The notes under the pieces: model-generated
What the model was told of the DNA's origin: nothing
What the model saw: only the letters and a program-made list of their open reading frames with translations
The model's database searches: none
Program-made: the position numbers and the translations under genes
Shown here: piece after piece, positions 13,006-26,500 of the stretch
Position numbering within the stretch: position 1 is the stretch's first letter
Layout of the letters: each line of letters begins with the position of its first letter
Assembly (NCBI RefSeq): GCF_006345805.1
Contig: NW_021832223.1
Location: forward strand, 186,001 to 250,000
DNA length: 64,000 nucleotides
Direction: 5' to 3'
Source of the DNA: Octopus sinensis
Lineage: Eukaryota

Positions 13006-13639
13006 AGCTTGGATTTAAACTTTATTGGCTTGTATGTAGACCACGTAGCAAATCAAAAAAAAGGAGTGTGAGGAGGCAAAGAAAAACGCCTTTTATGACT
13101 TTCCTTTTGATCTGGGCATACACTTCGGAGGTCATCCACTCGCCCTGACGAAACTGCACGCTTTTTGATTTTATTTTAAGGCATCTAACGCAAGTCAAAT
13201 GGGAATCGCATAGTTTTTAACTATCTTGGGATCATATGCCCTTCAATTGGCAAAACAGTATAAAAACGCCTTCCAGCTTTTTAACCAATTCTCTATTTGA
13301 AAGTGGTTTCTATGTCTCTAGCAAAGAGAAAAGATTTTAGTTCACATACTTGTTCTTTCTGACCTCAAAAACAAAATGGACGATCCACTTTACGTCGAAA
13401 CTCCTAAATTATTTTAAACAAGACAAGCTATCTGAAACAGCTTTTTGGAAACGATGAAGTCCTTGAAAATGCCCCATACTCAACTAGAATTTCAAAATAT
13501 TTCCTTCATAGGCCTCAAAAAGGGCAAGGTTTGCAAGCAAATCTTTTCGTCATGACAAACTCTTTTTAAAAAAAAAGAACACATGAGTTATAGTACAGCT
13601 TCACTTCAACCTGCCCTGTGATTCACTACAGCGTTTTAA

Positions 13640-13900
13640 TTTTAATCCCATAAATACTTTGGCGCATTTGCGAGTCTCGAAGATTCATTTTTGATCAAAT
13701 TCCATCAGATAAAATCAAACTGAAAGATAATCATATATGAAGACAAAACTACTTTCAATGTTTATTGAAACTAGACTAAAAAATTTAGGTTATATCAAAT
13801 CTTACAAAATATGTCAACTTATGCAAGTCTGGAAGTTATCATAATATTGGAGAAGCAATAATTATTCCTGCTGCAGAAATAATTTCATTTCGAGTACAAA
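13640..13900 (+). mobile_element. hAT (Buster-like) transposase remnant
   Basis: Decayed (H)NIGEAIIIPAAEII-like motif; multiple stops. Confidence 0.35.
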
Positions 13901-14089
13901 ATGGCGATGCAAATAGAATACAGTAAACTCTCTCAAATTTTCTATTTTGGTCCTTGTCAAATTTACGGCAGATTTAGGAAATGGCAAATTTCAGAATTCA
14001 ATCAAAATTTTAAAATAAAAGAATAGAATATGGAATTATTGAAGCACATATTCAACAAGAAAAAAGAAGAAAACTTCACAAAATTAGCG

Positions 14090-14515
14090 TTTAGGGGGCA
14101 TGGGTGCAAGAACCACAAAGGTCTCAATAGAACCAGACACCAGGTGATCGTACATCTTTAAAAGAATAGGCTCACTTAATTAGGCCATTCCATAGAGCCT
14201 TCATACGAACTAAGCACGTAGCAGATACAACCTCTCCTTATTTGCTGCTAGCACATAGGCATGGATTTCCTTTATTATTCTACGGATCATACAAATCCAT
14301 ATCATTGTACTCATAAGGTTCAACCTCCACAATACCCACATAATAATTAAGCAATGAAATGAGAGACTCATTCAATGCATGGAATAAATTCATAGCATTT
14401 AGACGATCTTTACATAACATTGCTGCCCGCTCCCGCACTTCCTCTATTATTTAGATCTTGGTTTCAGGGAGTATGAGCGATTTGGAGCTTTTTGTGATCC
14501 GAGGTATTTATAACT
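14090..14515 (-). mobile_element. RLE-type LINE remnant related to the 3380-6840 element
   Basis: Clear nucleotide similarity to 4400-4810 (e.g. CATTGCTGCCCGCT, GGGAGTATGAGCGATTTGG, ATCCATATCAT.GTACTC). Confidence 0.75.
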
Positions 14516-14716
14516 TGCAAGGTCGGTCTTCCCACATACTCCTCCATCTGACTATCATCTCGAAATTTGACTGTATTGGATTTGAAATATTTATTTATGA
14601 CATGACTCCACGGTGTTAAGCAATTTAAGAATTATCCAACAGTTTCTATCTAAATTCTGTTTCATTTAAAATTTTATTGAGCTATTAAATATTGAGTAAG
14701 GTTCGGAGCTGTCGCT

Positions 14717-14870
14717 TATTGAATGAGTTCTTTGCTTGTGTCCCCGGTATTGTATAGGAGAATAGGACAAATAAACGTTTAAAATATTCTTAGACGCAGT
14801 TTTATTCAAATTTCTTTTTTATCCATTTCACCAAGACATCAATTCCTGTTGAGACCACTTAGTTGCCGTT
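14717..14870 (-). mobile_element. Second copy of the RTE-like fragment
   Basis: Near-identical to 9423-9574. Confidence 0.7.
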
Positions 14871-15809
14871 GGGACGAACGTGGAAATGCATTGGGAGAAT
14901 ACGATACGTTATTTTGACATATATGAAAATATGGAGGTTATGAAAGTATTTGCAAGGAGGGTAATGTTAAGTCAGAAAAATAAACATATTGAAAAGCAGA
15001 ATTGTGAATTACAAGAATTTTTCAAAAATATTTCAATTCGGATATTAAAAATTTATTGGATATTTTTTTCCCGAATGACAATTTTAAATGTTTATCCTAC
15101 TAAATCCCTTCGAAACCTCAGAAATCGTCAGTAAGGCCATGACTCAACTCCTCGCGTGAGAAATTTCCTAAAAAACAAACGACCGGAGGAAGACGAGCTG
15201 GATCTTTCAGCGAATCTTGGTCGCGGTACTCTGCGGAAACTTATTAGAAACGCAGTTTGGCGTCGTTGAGCTGACCTTCCTACTAAATTGTCCATGAATG
15301 CGGTAATAATTAATGAAAGTTCCCTCCTTCTATTTTTCAATAAGATTTTTTAAAATAAAAATATATTAATTAGCTCACATTGGATGACAATAAATAAATA
15401 AACAATACTTGTATATATTTATCGTGCATTGTGGTATGCTCTGGTGTCTTTACATGCCTTATTATAAATAATCATAATATAATTGCCCTACTTGAATAAT
15501 CATAATATTCTGGATTTTAAACACAATTCCAAAATTATTAAAGACAGGGAAAGTTATGTGTCCTGTCTATACCTGATGTATACTCATATTACGGTAAATA
15601 CTGGAAATCAAAATAATTGTGTTTATTATGTTGAAAATACATTAATGTTGGGCATTTAACCAGCGAATAGAAACATTAGTTCACAACCTATGTAACCCGG
15701 TTAAAATACAACCGCAAAAATACTCCAGCAGATTTGTACGGTTTGTTATCAAAAAAATGTGTTTATCATAATGAAAATACATCAATGTTGGGTCATTTAA
15801 TGAGCTAAT

Positions 15810-16579
15810 AAAATGTTCACTCATAACTTTGTACCACTTGTAACCAAGTTATAGTCTTTTTAAAATTTCTATTTCTAACGTAAGGTTTTAAAAAGAATAC
15901 AATCTCACATGTTTACTATAAAATGTTCACTCATAACTTTGTACCACTTTTAACCAAGTTATAGTCTTTTTAAAATGAAAATTTCTAACGTAAGGTTTTA
16001 AAAAGAATACAATCTCACATGTTTACTATAAAATGTTCACTCATAACTTTGTACCACTTTTAACCAAGTTATAGTCTTTTTAAAATGAAAATTTCTAACG
16101 TAAGGTTTTAAAAAGAATACAATCTCACATGTTTACTATAAAATGTTCACTCATAACTTTGTACCACTTTTAACCAAGTTATAGTCTTTTTAAAATGAAA
16201 ATTTCTAACGTAAGGTTTTAAAAAGAATACAATCTCACATGTTTACTATAAAATGTTCACTCATAACTTTGTACCACTTTTAACCAAGTTATAGTCTTGT
16301 TAAAATGAAAATTTCTAACGTAAGGTTTTAAAAAGAATACAATCTCACATGTTTACTATAAAATGTTCACTCATAACTTTGTACCACTTTTAACCAAGTT
16401 ATAGTCTTTTTAAAATGAAAATTTCTAACGTAAGGTTTTAAAAAGAATACAATCTCACATGTTTACTATAAAATGTTCACTCATAACTTTGTACCACTTT
16501 TAACCAAGTTATAGTCTTTTTAAAATGAAAATTTCTAACGTAAGGTTTTAAAAAGAATACAATCGCACATGTTTACTAT
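15810..16579. repeat. Tandem array, 7 x 110 bp, near perfect, preceded by diverged related units (about 15615-15810)
   Basis: AAATGTTCACTCATAAC starts at 15811, 15921, 16031, 16141, 16251, 16361 and 16471 (period exactly 110). Only scattered differences, mostly in unit 1. Confidence 0.98.
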
Positions 16580-17149
16580 GTTCATTATACTCAAACTTAT
16601 TTACGACACAATTCTTCAAGTCGGCAGCGTCATCGTTTCTTTCTGTCTATTTCAACTGGTATTTATGCATATGCTAATAATCTCCAAGTTTTCTCACTCG
16701 CCTCACACTAAGCTCATTCCACCAGGAGTGTCGACGAGACCATGGCCAACTTGAGTGATGCACTCTGAATTCTGCTGTTTAAATTGACTCATGACCACGA
16801 AGTACGCATTTGCTCATAAAGCACACATTTCATGCCACCCTAGATTACTTATTTAAATTACATCAATTGACAAAAAATTGAGTCATATTTAAAATATTTT
16901 TTTGGTTGAGCCTGTAGATATGCCCGTTCTTTTAGCAAACTTCTGTGAAAAACTCTTCCCGATTATTTAATAACAGTTAAAAATAACAACCTTTACGATA
17001 CCCTATAGAAAAAAGATATTAAATGTTTCCCTAAGGAACCGCTTAATCTTTACAAGTTTTAATTATTCTTGGTAGTTGTGGACTCTTATTTTATGTCATA
17101 CTATCTTTGTGATCCTGCTGTAAAAATAATCATCCATTTAAATTTGGTA

Positions 17150-17800
17150 TATAGACTCGATGGTTGGTAATGGCGATTGTGTTATTTTGGATGGCCAGAA
17201 AAATTCATTCGGTAACCACAAAATTTCACCAAGATTGGGAATTCTTTTTAAATAAGAAGCCTTAGGTGCATAATAATATCTGGATGCCCACCTAGACAAT
17301 ACTACATGTGTCCGTACATACCGAAAGCATCCGAAAGCCTTTCAAAAATGAAGACGATCTCAACATGTTACGCCACGCGGCTTGTAATATAATGAATTGA
17401 AGAATGTTATCTTATTGATCCTTGTTCAGTTTCTGTTTTTTTCTTTCTTCTTCAGACTCTAGCAACTTTATTTTTCTGGAAGCCACGTGCTTATGTATTC
17501 AAGTATCATCAGCGAAGTGTTAATTAGCTTTGTTTATATTTGGAACTAAGCCGAGAACTGATCTACTTCTATACTCCAACTGTCGTTCTTGATTAATGAA
17601 AACATTTGTGACAAATGTTTTCGCTTTTGTACGTCCTGCAGCGATTTCTGAATAGACCTTATAATTAAGCAGTTTATTTTCTTAAAAAAGTCATAATCTA
17701 ACTACTACATAGAACACCGAAATTTAACTGCAATCTTGTCAACTGTGGAAACGTTAGTATACACTGCTGGAACTAGATTTTTCCATCCCAAAATCAGTTA
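17150..17800 (-). mobile_element. Possible hAT transposase remnant
   Basis: Fragmentary minus-strand motif GRTKAKTFVTNV resembling the hAT RTK motif; heavily decayed. Confidence 0.25.
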
Positions 17801-18529
17801 CTTATTCGTATACAATAGTGAATGTCATCAACATTTATGTCATTTTGTGTGTGATGACATGAAATGGATTAATTAACAAATACAACAAGAGGTATTTTGG
17901 GGTTTAAGATATGTTTATACAGGCTTATATATAGTCAACTGTTTTTAAGAGGACTTTAGAAGATATCTTGTTTAATCTGATCCAGTCCTTTACTTGCTGA
18001 TCCAGTCCTTTCCTATAATTTAGTCAGCGCGTGGCGACGGACTGCAATTGATCATCAATTCCACACACAACCTTAATCATAATTTTAGGATTTGTCACGA
18101 TGAAAGTTTTATAGAAAAAGAAATTCTAGAAGTCACTTTGATGATCACTTGAAGACTTCATTACGAAAATGCTTCCAAGCTCCGCTATCACTCTGTTAGG
18201 AAATTAGGTTATCATGACATTTTAGCAACGAAGAAATTCTTTTTTCTGAGAAATATATTAAAAGTGAATTAAGAAATATTTGAAAAGTCCTTGAATTAAC
18301 GTCAACTCACATACCATCATCCACCCTCTATATATTTCCATTATCCTCATATGTATTTTTGAGCCCGTGGGTAATTTCTTGTAATAAATTGATACTTTTC
18401 TAGTTTTTTAACTGAGACTGAAGCTTGTCACAAATTTAGTCCAACAGTAGTTAAACTTGATTCTCGTGTTTCAGTTGCCGCCATTAGAACACGTCAGAAT
18501 AGACATAAATCATGAGCTATGACATTTTA

Positions 18530-19886
18530 TGTCACCGTCCAGACCGGCCGGGGCGCCAGATCGGTCAGGTCAATTATCTAAATACAAAACAAATATTTTT
18601 CCTACAAAACATTTCATTGCAAAAAAATATTGATAATAAAAAAATAAAATCTTATTAATAAAAAAGTTGAAAAGATTAGCATTAATCAATGGTTTTAGTT
18701 GAATTAACTCGAGACACCCTCGAAAAAATTAGGGAGTATTTGGAATCAGGCCACCTTGATGATTCCTTGAGTTTGGAAGAAAAGGCACGAATACGGAGAT
18801 ATGCCAAAAAATTTAGTTTCAAGGAGAACAACACCTACATTTCTAAAAATGGCTCAAAGTTGCGTTTTTTTTGTATCGAAGACACTGAACTTAAGTTAAA
18901 ATTCATTGAAGTAGTGTATTTGTTTATTTAAATTAGGCTCAACACAATCTTAATCACTTTGGACGTGATAAATTGTACAGTTTATTGACACTTACCATTT
19001 ATGGTGCCAGACGTACTGATGTGGCATCTGTGGTATCTCAATGTGTTTATTGTCAGGTAAATTACCAATTTTATTAATTCTAGTCGAAACGATTGCTTGC
19101 GACTAAACCAGCAATAACGCCTATTATTGCTTCTTCCCCAAGATCTTATCATACATTGTAGATCTTATCGATTTAAGACGCTATTCGACCCGAAATGAAA
19201 ATTATTCCTGGGTAATTTAGTAATCTAAATAACAGATTCTTGTTTTATTGGATTCCTTTTCAAAATTTGCTATGGTAAAATGTGCTTTTACCAAATCAGC
19301 TAAGGAGATCCGCGGAATCCTAGATGATATGTTTTGTATTATGAAGAGGATGAAAAAGATCAAAGTATACATATTAGCAGAGTAAAAAAACTTTAACTGC
19401 AAATATTCATGGGGTTCGTTCTGTGTTTTTTTATCGTGTCATATTTACTTAATTGTGAAATAATTGTGAAATAATTGTGCCATTGTGACAAATTCGACGC
19501 GGCCAAAGGCCGCATAGGGAAAAATATTCACATTGAATCATCCGGCCGTAGGCCGGATTGTATTTTAGAGTTTTAATGATGAAAATAGAAATTTACAACA
19601 TTTTTACAAATTAAAAATGGATTTTTCTAATAAACTTTATTGTTGAGAATTGTTTGGCTAACCTTGGTTAAAGCGTTTTTAAATAAAATGCAAAATCAAT
19701 ACGGTAATTATCTGGAAATGACTGGATGTTGGTTTTTATGAATTCAGTAACTTCAATATTTTGGCAAAAATAATATTAAAATCAACAAAAGAATGAACAG
19801 AAAAAGAAAATAACTTTCGAAGGTAGTTTTTATTAAAAATTTTATACATAACCGATCTGGCGCCCCGACCTATCTGGACGGTGACA
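18530..19886 (+). mobile_element. Ginger2/Tdd-like element #2; 3' half of the integrase replaced by non-coding DNA
   Basis: TIR TGTCACCGTCCAGA...GGGGCGCCAGATCGG, 5-bp TSD TTTTA (18525-18529; 19887-19891). After splicing 18911-18936, 19057-19083 and 19212-19235 the ORF reads ...KFIE|AQHNLNHFGRD...CVYCQ|SKRLL...YSW|ILVLLDSFSKFA. Confidence 0.9.
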
Positions 19887-21300
19887 TTTTATAATTAACT
19901 TTGTCAGCTTATGCGCTCAATGAATCGGTGAATTCATATTTTTTCAAATCCTATAAAATCATTTAAAAATCACACTTTGACATTAAAGAAATGTTTTTTT
20001 CTATTAAATTTATAGATATTACGATAACCTTGAAACAATGATAGCAAACGTGGATCGACAGGGCTTCCTTTTCTTTGGTAATTGAGAAACAAATTCCATA
20101 TTACCAATGCTTAAAAATATTACAAATTATCATTAATCCGTCGGGCAGTGGTCATCGGTAAAAAAATAACCTCTTGGAAACCACAGGGGCAGATTACATC
20201 GAGATACGGACTCTCCACAAATTATTCCGTCACTTTGTATGAGAAATAAGATATTTATTAACATATCATGTCATTAAAGAAGAGGCAGCAGAATCCAGTG
20301 AAATTAATTCAGAGCTTAATGTTCCTCGTCAAAATAATAAACCAAATTTAATCCTTTTTTGAATATTCGTTATTTTAAATAGATTTCTTGTTAATAAATA
20401 AATTGAAAATTATCATCTTGGATAGTTCTCATGTATATAATTGGAAAAGATAAAAGGTCTCGTAGTGAAATTGGCTTACAGAGAGAACTTGAGGAAGGTT
20501 TGAAAACTCTCAAGTCTCCTCTGCGCCCACAATCCCGATGGTCCTGAAGAAAACTTGTGTTTGATCACTATGCTAGGCGTTTCACTGAAAGAAACACTTC
20601 GGTGCTTTGTTTTTATCTTTCGTTAACGATTTCTCGTTGTTCGTTAGGTTTTGGTTTTTTGAACATAAAAACAATTCTATTCCAAGGATTTTCAAAAATA
20701 AAGTTATATAATCAATTATCGAATTATAACTTATATATTTTCTAAAAATATTTATTTTTTGAAATAAATAAAAATATCGAATTATTATCGTGTTCTGCAC
20801 GCGTTGTCTTTGTTTTGTTTTTGTACGTTGATTATTATTTTTTATTCAATTTTTTTAAAGTATAATTTTCTATATGCATTTTATTGCTGATTAAATATTG
20901 GGTACATGTAGAATACCTTGAAAAAAGTTATTTTACAAGTTAATTTGTGCCTATTGTCTTACTAGTTTAATCTCAATTGAATGCGTCTTTTTAATTGATT
21001 TTCTTTCTATTGTATATATTCATTTTTATTGGTATTTCATGATTTATCAACTTTATTGTATTTTTCTTTGATCAAAATTTGATTAAATCTTTGTAAAATA
21101 TTACTTTTTAATCTCTTTATTATTCACAATTCTTAAATCTTTGTAAAATATTGACTTTTCAATTGGTGTTCCGAAATACTTTTATTTTAATTTTAACCTT
21201 TGCCGTCCGTATGTGCATAAAATTCAAATGTTAACATTTTCCTGGAAAATTTGTTGATCTACTACAACATATTTGTTGTTTGATAATCCATCGTATAATG

Positions 21301-21416
21301 CAGGCATTCTCAACCTTTTTTGGTTCATCGCCCCCTTAGATATTTTATCGCCCCCTTGTCCACATACAATTTGAAAATTTTTGGGCATTGTCCCTTAATT
21401 GGTTGTTTTTTGTATA
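21301..21416. mobile_element. hAT (Buster-type) terminus, interrupted by Tc1 #2
   Basis: CAGGCATTCTCAACCTTTT resembles the TIR ending at 29146. Preceding 8 bp GTATAATG fits the NNNTANNN target. Subterminal ATCGCCCCCTT occurs twice. Confidence 0.55.
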
Positions 21417-21418
21417 TA

Positions 21419-22700
21419 CAGTTGGGCAAAAAAGTCATGGCACCTTTGCAAATTTTGACTAAATTTAACAATTCTTTTCAAAAAAATTATTAAATACATT
21501 ACTTCAAAAAATAAATTAGTAATATGGAACTTTTTAGATAAATTATTAAAAAAACTATCTTAAAGGGAATTTTTAATAGTGCACTAATTAACAATTTATT
21601 TTTAAAAGTCAATTTTTTGAGGGAAAAAAGTAATGGCACGAAATCCAATTAATATTTAGTTCCATTCCCTTTTGCTAGCAGAACTGCTTCCAATCGTTTT
21701 TTGTAAGAAAAAATTAGTTTTTGACATTCTACTTTAGAAATATTTTTCCATTCTTCTTAGCAAATTGTTTTTAATTCCTAGATATTTTTTAGTTTTCTTA
21801 AGCCAACTTTTATTTTTAATATTTTCCATAAGTTTTCAATGGGATTCAGGTCTGGCGATTGACTTGGCCATTCCAAAACATTTATTTTGTTTTTTTCTAA
21901 CCATTTAACGGTTACTTTTGACTTGTGCTTAGGATCGTTGTCATGCTGGAATGTCCAATGTTGTGTCAAATTTAAGTTCGCGACCGAAGGTAAAAGACAT
22001 TTTTCCAAAATTTCGCAATATTTAAGAGAATTCATCATTCCATCAATTACAAATAGTTCACCAACACCTGTTGATGAAAAAAAACCCCACAACATGATAC
22101 TACCTCCCCCGTGCTTTACGGTAGGTATGGTGCATTTTGGGATATACGCCTGATTTGATTTGCGCCAAATTGAAAGCGTGTAGTTCAGTCCGAAAAGTTG
22201 TATTTTTGATTCGTCCGACCACAAATATTGTTTATGAATTCATTTTCTTTGTTCAAAAGATTTTTTGCATATTGGATTCGCGCTGAAAGGTGTATTTTCT
22301 TTAATAACGGAACTCGACGGGGCCTTCGCTTATTGATACCTTCTTTGCGTAGTGTAGAAGTGATTGTACGAAGGGACACTGACGTTCCTGTGATTTTTAA
22401 ATTATCGGCCAATTCTTTTCGAGTTATTTTTGGGTTTGAAGTAACTAATCTTTTCATTAATGAAGAAGAACGCAGAGATATCTTTTTTGGAGCACCCGAT
22501 CTTGGTTTATTCATAACAGTTCCGCGTTGCTTCCATCGAGTAATAATATTTCGAACAGTACTTTTTGGTAATATCAACAATTTAGAAATCTCTCCATAAC
22601 TTTTACCGTTTTGGTGGGCAGTTACAACTCGTTGTTTTAGGTCCAAAGAATGCTCTTTCCTCATCGACGAGATAATTTTAATAAAAGGCGAAAAATAAAA
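21419..22700 (-). mobile_element. Tc1-family IR/DR transposon #2; upstream end lost at the pogo insertion
   Basis: TA-CAGTTGGGCAAAAAAGTCATGGCAC end with inner repeat AAAAAAGTAATGGCAC. Transposase from ATG 22664 (HTH), then [30 protein letters not shown] (DD34E). One frameshift at about 22224 and two late stops. Confidence 0.9.
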
Positions 22701-22703
22701 GTA

Positions 22704-23300
22704 CAGTAAAGTCTCTCGAATCCGCCAATTTCGGGGATCGGCAAAATCTGGCGGATTCGAGAGACTTATCGATTTTTTAATCCATTAATAATTTAAATTA
22801 TTAAGCCAAAATAATTAATTAAAAACAAAAAAATCAGTAAGTTTCGACTTGTTTCTTCTTAGAGTTTGGATCACTTAAGATCCAATGTTTTCAATATACT
22901 CAAGATTTTCTATATTAAAGAATTCTTCTTGATTATAGAACTCTTTTAATTTGTTTAAAGCGATAAAAGCCTCGTTAATGGTAACAACTTTCTGACTTTG
23001 TTCACTCGGTTCTTCGCTAATTTCTTGTTCTATTTTTTCTGAATTATTTAATTCAAGTTCTTCAATTTCATTATATTCAATCTCAATATAAAGACTTTCT
23101 TCTAACGGATCAATAATATCCATTTTTTCCAGAATATTATCATAATTTTCAATTAAGGGATTTTCATAATTAATATTTTCATTGTTTTGAGTCCATTTTG
23201 CATGAATGAAACAATTTAAAATTAAGGAACTTTCTATTTTGTTCCAAGCATAATATGTAAATACAGTGACTCCTCTGAAATTGGCCATTTTTGGTTCCAC
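22704..23300 (-). mobile_element. pogo-like element #2, 3' end only
   Basis: TA-CAGTAAAGTCTCTCGAATCCG terminus with internal inverted repeat (GGCGGATTCGAGAGAC). Acidic C-terminal region typical of pogo transposases (ESSLILNCF...VVTINEAFIALNKL). Confidence 0.7.
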
Positions 23301-23544
23301 GTGTTTTTGTGGTCAATTCGAGAAATGGCCAATTTGAGAAATAAAATCAATCTTTTGTGTAAATTAAATTTTGAATAGGAACAACTTTTATCCAGAAAAT
23401 TTTAAGTAATTAAGCATTATTAATGTTCTTAAAGTAGAATTGGATGCCCATCTGCTTTTTTTGAGTTTTAATGACATTTTCCTTATAGCGCCTTATGGAT
23501 GTAATCAATTAACTTGAGTCGAGTAAAATGTGTTTTAAATGTTT

Positions 23545-26500
23545 TTATTTTTTTTTATTTTTTTTTTACTTTTACAAAAACAACTAACATCGAAAATCGT
23601 TAAGTTCCAGCGGCGAGGACGCAGTGTGCGTTGCCCCGAACAATGGCCAGGCCGATGCGCTGGCGGAACCAGAGGCCCTCTCTCGAGTCCTTGAGCCTCC
23701 TCCCGATGGACTTCCCGACCTCTTTGAGGAACGAGTCAGTCTCCTTTCCTGCAACTCCAGCGGTCTCCAGGGCGATTGCCGTCACGCGGTAGCGGTCTGT
23801 GAGCGAAGAATATTTGTGTATTTTGATCTTTTCGGCGTGGTTTGCAGCCGAACAAGGGTTTGGCGCAGAAGAATGGATCCTCGATTTCGAAAAGGTATCC
23901 ACAACGGTGACATCCCATACGAGGGCCTTCCCCGACGAGTACGGGAATATTGTCATCCCGTCGGGCCTTTTGCCATCTCTCCGATCGAGTCCGACCGGTT
24001 CGAGGAGGCACGAATGGCCCGCCATTTCGAGACCGGCCTTCACGATTTCATTGAGGGCCTTGTGTCTGTGTTCCCTGCCTGCGCTCCTCTTGCAGGAAAG
24101 TGGGTGCAGTCCCTTTCGTCAACGTCTTCACCGCATCTGCAGCGGTATTTTGCACAAACATCCAGGCCGAGACGGTGAGCCACTCCGATGCGTATGGCAG
24201 CATCGTCTAGCAACGTCCCGATGCTGGAGAGAGGAAGAGCATTCAGCCAGCTACCAGAGTGAGGGGCGGATGCCGCACGAAGGCATGCCAGGCGGTGTTG
24301 ATCAAGGGTTGCAGAGAGCTCAGACACACGCGCTCGGCATGCAATAGAGTCCCAGGCACGTTGGGAGGAGAAATCTTCGGGCCTCTCAGAAAAGGAGCGA
24401 TCCCAGGTAGTGAGCCCATCCGAAAAAGCACCATCCAGGCAAGATCCGAAAGATTTGAGTAGGATCTCAGAGGCCAGGTTGTTGCACATCGAAAGGGAGG
24501 ATAGATATGCCGGAAGTGCCACATCGAATGCAGTGCGGATTCCCGCACCTCCGAATCTCAATGGGAGCGAGCATTGGGCCCATCCAGGACCATCGAGGTG
24601 TACATTGAGGACGGATTCGGCAGTCTTTTTCAGGATTACGTCGTATGCGGCAAGTAGGTCCATATGCAGGAAGCAGGGATTGCTCCTGAGGGTGAAAATG
24701 AGTTTCGGCATATGAATGCTGTTCTTCAAAAGGAAAAATGCAGTGTGCGAGTCAAGATAGAAAGATTTGTTGAAAGTCTTTGGAAGTGTTCGGCTTTGGC
24801 GGAAAGCATGCATTGGAGCTTCGTGTCGGACAGGGATCCACCGAGAAAGGTGACATCATCGATTGAGGTAACGTTCGCACAAGGCAGGGTTGCTCTGAGG
24901 CGGGCCACAGCAGATCGGAAGTCGGCCTCCGAACACGAGACATTAATGATCTCGGTCTTCTTCGCGTTGACCGAGTGGCCGAGGGTAGCCAGTGCTGGTA
25001 CGATGTGTTCGACATCCCGAATAACGTGGTCAGCATGGCCACCCAAAGTGGCATCATTAAGATACCACAGATTAAATTGAGAGACAGCAAGGCGAGCTGC
25101 CTCATCGATTGTCATCGCGAAGAGGAGTGGCCCTAGCGGATCACCCTGTTGCACGCCGGTCTCCGAACGGATGATCTCATTCCCGTATACAAGACTGCTC
25201 TCCGAGCCGTAGGCAAGCGAGACAAGATTGATTATTTCTGGTGCTCTTCGAGCGCATGCTTCCAAAATAGCATCGCGGCGCACGCTGTCGAAAGCGTTGG
25301 TGATATCAAGCTTCACAGCGATAAAATCGGCAGTAACTCGTTGGCCCATGTAGAAGAAACCCCTGGTGGCATGAACAGCTCCTTCGCAGCCGCCACGCAC
25401 ACCAACACCGACTTGCGTAGGCGAAAGCTCGGCTCCGATTCTCGTTGCAACCCTTCTGGCTGCGACTTTGCCGCAGAGCCTTCTGAAGTAGTTGCCAACC
25501 GCGATTGGGCGGACACCTCCGTCCGGTTTTTGAAAAGCGTGAAGGTGGGCAGCGAAAAAGAGATTCCTCGCGAAGAGGGGGATCCTTCCGTCGATGATCC
25601 TTCCGACCAGTTTCGTGATTGAACACGAGAGCCGGATTCCCCGGTGATCGCACAAGTCATGTCCTTGATATGCCCCGGCCGAAGGCCGTCAATTCCCCCG
25701 CTGCTGCTTGCTCCGAAAGATCTGATTCCTGACAGAACTTATTCCTCAGTGATGATAATCGGTGTGGGGCTTCGGGGGGGGTCCAAGGCCTTAGGTCTTC
25801 AGGGGCCGGCGGATGCTTTAACCTCAGCAGAGTTGATGTTCTGGACGTACACTCGGCAACAGAGTCCCCGGAGCACAAGACTCGGAGGCCGCTCTCACGT
25901 CTCCTTCGAGGAGCTTTCGATTCACCCGATCGATCATCCTGGCGTCCTGTCCGATGCCATTTTCGCATAAGCCGGACTTCCTCTGAGAGGAGGGAAGAGG
26001 GAAGGGTAGGACAAGATTGTCGCATTCCTCGCCAAAGGAAACTGCCCGAGACTTAATTGCGGACGAGATTCCCTTGCCGGGATTGGACGGCTCGTGCTTG
26101 TTTCCCAGGACGAGAGGTGCAAACAGGAAGATACGGAACCACGGGAGGTCTTCTTTGGAACTGAGTGTTTCTGAGATAATTTGTTCGAAGCAGGAAGGGG
26201 CCGTCAGGCGTGCTTGTTTGGGGATACGAAGAGGGATGTCTCTTGTGCCACGAAGCGAAGACAGGGACAAAATAAATTCCTCAGTCGAGAGATTGTGGGG
26301 GGTAGTAGTACGAGAGAGTCCCCGATTTGGCCCAGCGCCCTTTGAGTTGAAGAGGCAGCGGGCACAGTGCCATACGCCCAAGGCGCTTGCAGTCGCTTTA
26401 GACAAAGATACACAGCTCAGGTGGAAATGGGCATCACAGAGGGCGCAGTGGATTCCCCGTTTGCGGGGGTTTGACACGAGGCACGACTGACATACTGTCG

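Noticed and set aside
15810-16579. CRISPR array or spliced-leader RNA array
   Set aside because: Units are fully repeated with no unique spacers and there are no cas genes. There is no convincing Sm site (AU4-6G) after the AG|GT word, so an SL call is unsupported.
23624-26490. Long ORFs antisense to the CRE copies (also 31170-31895 and 61673-62475)
   Set aside because: Shadow frames of GC-rich RT/RLE coding sequence with no independent motifs.
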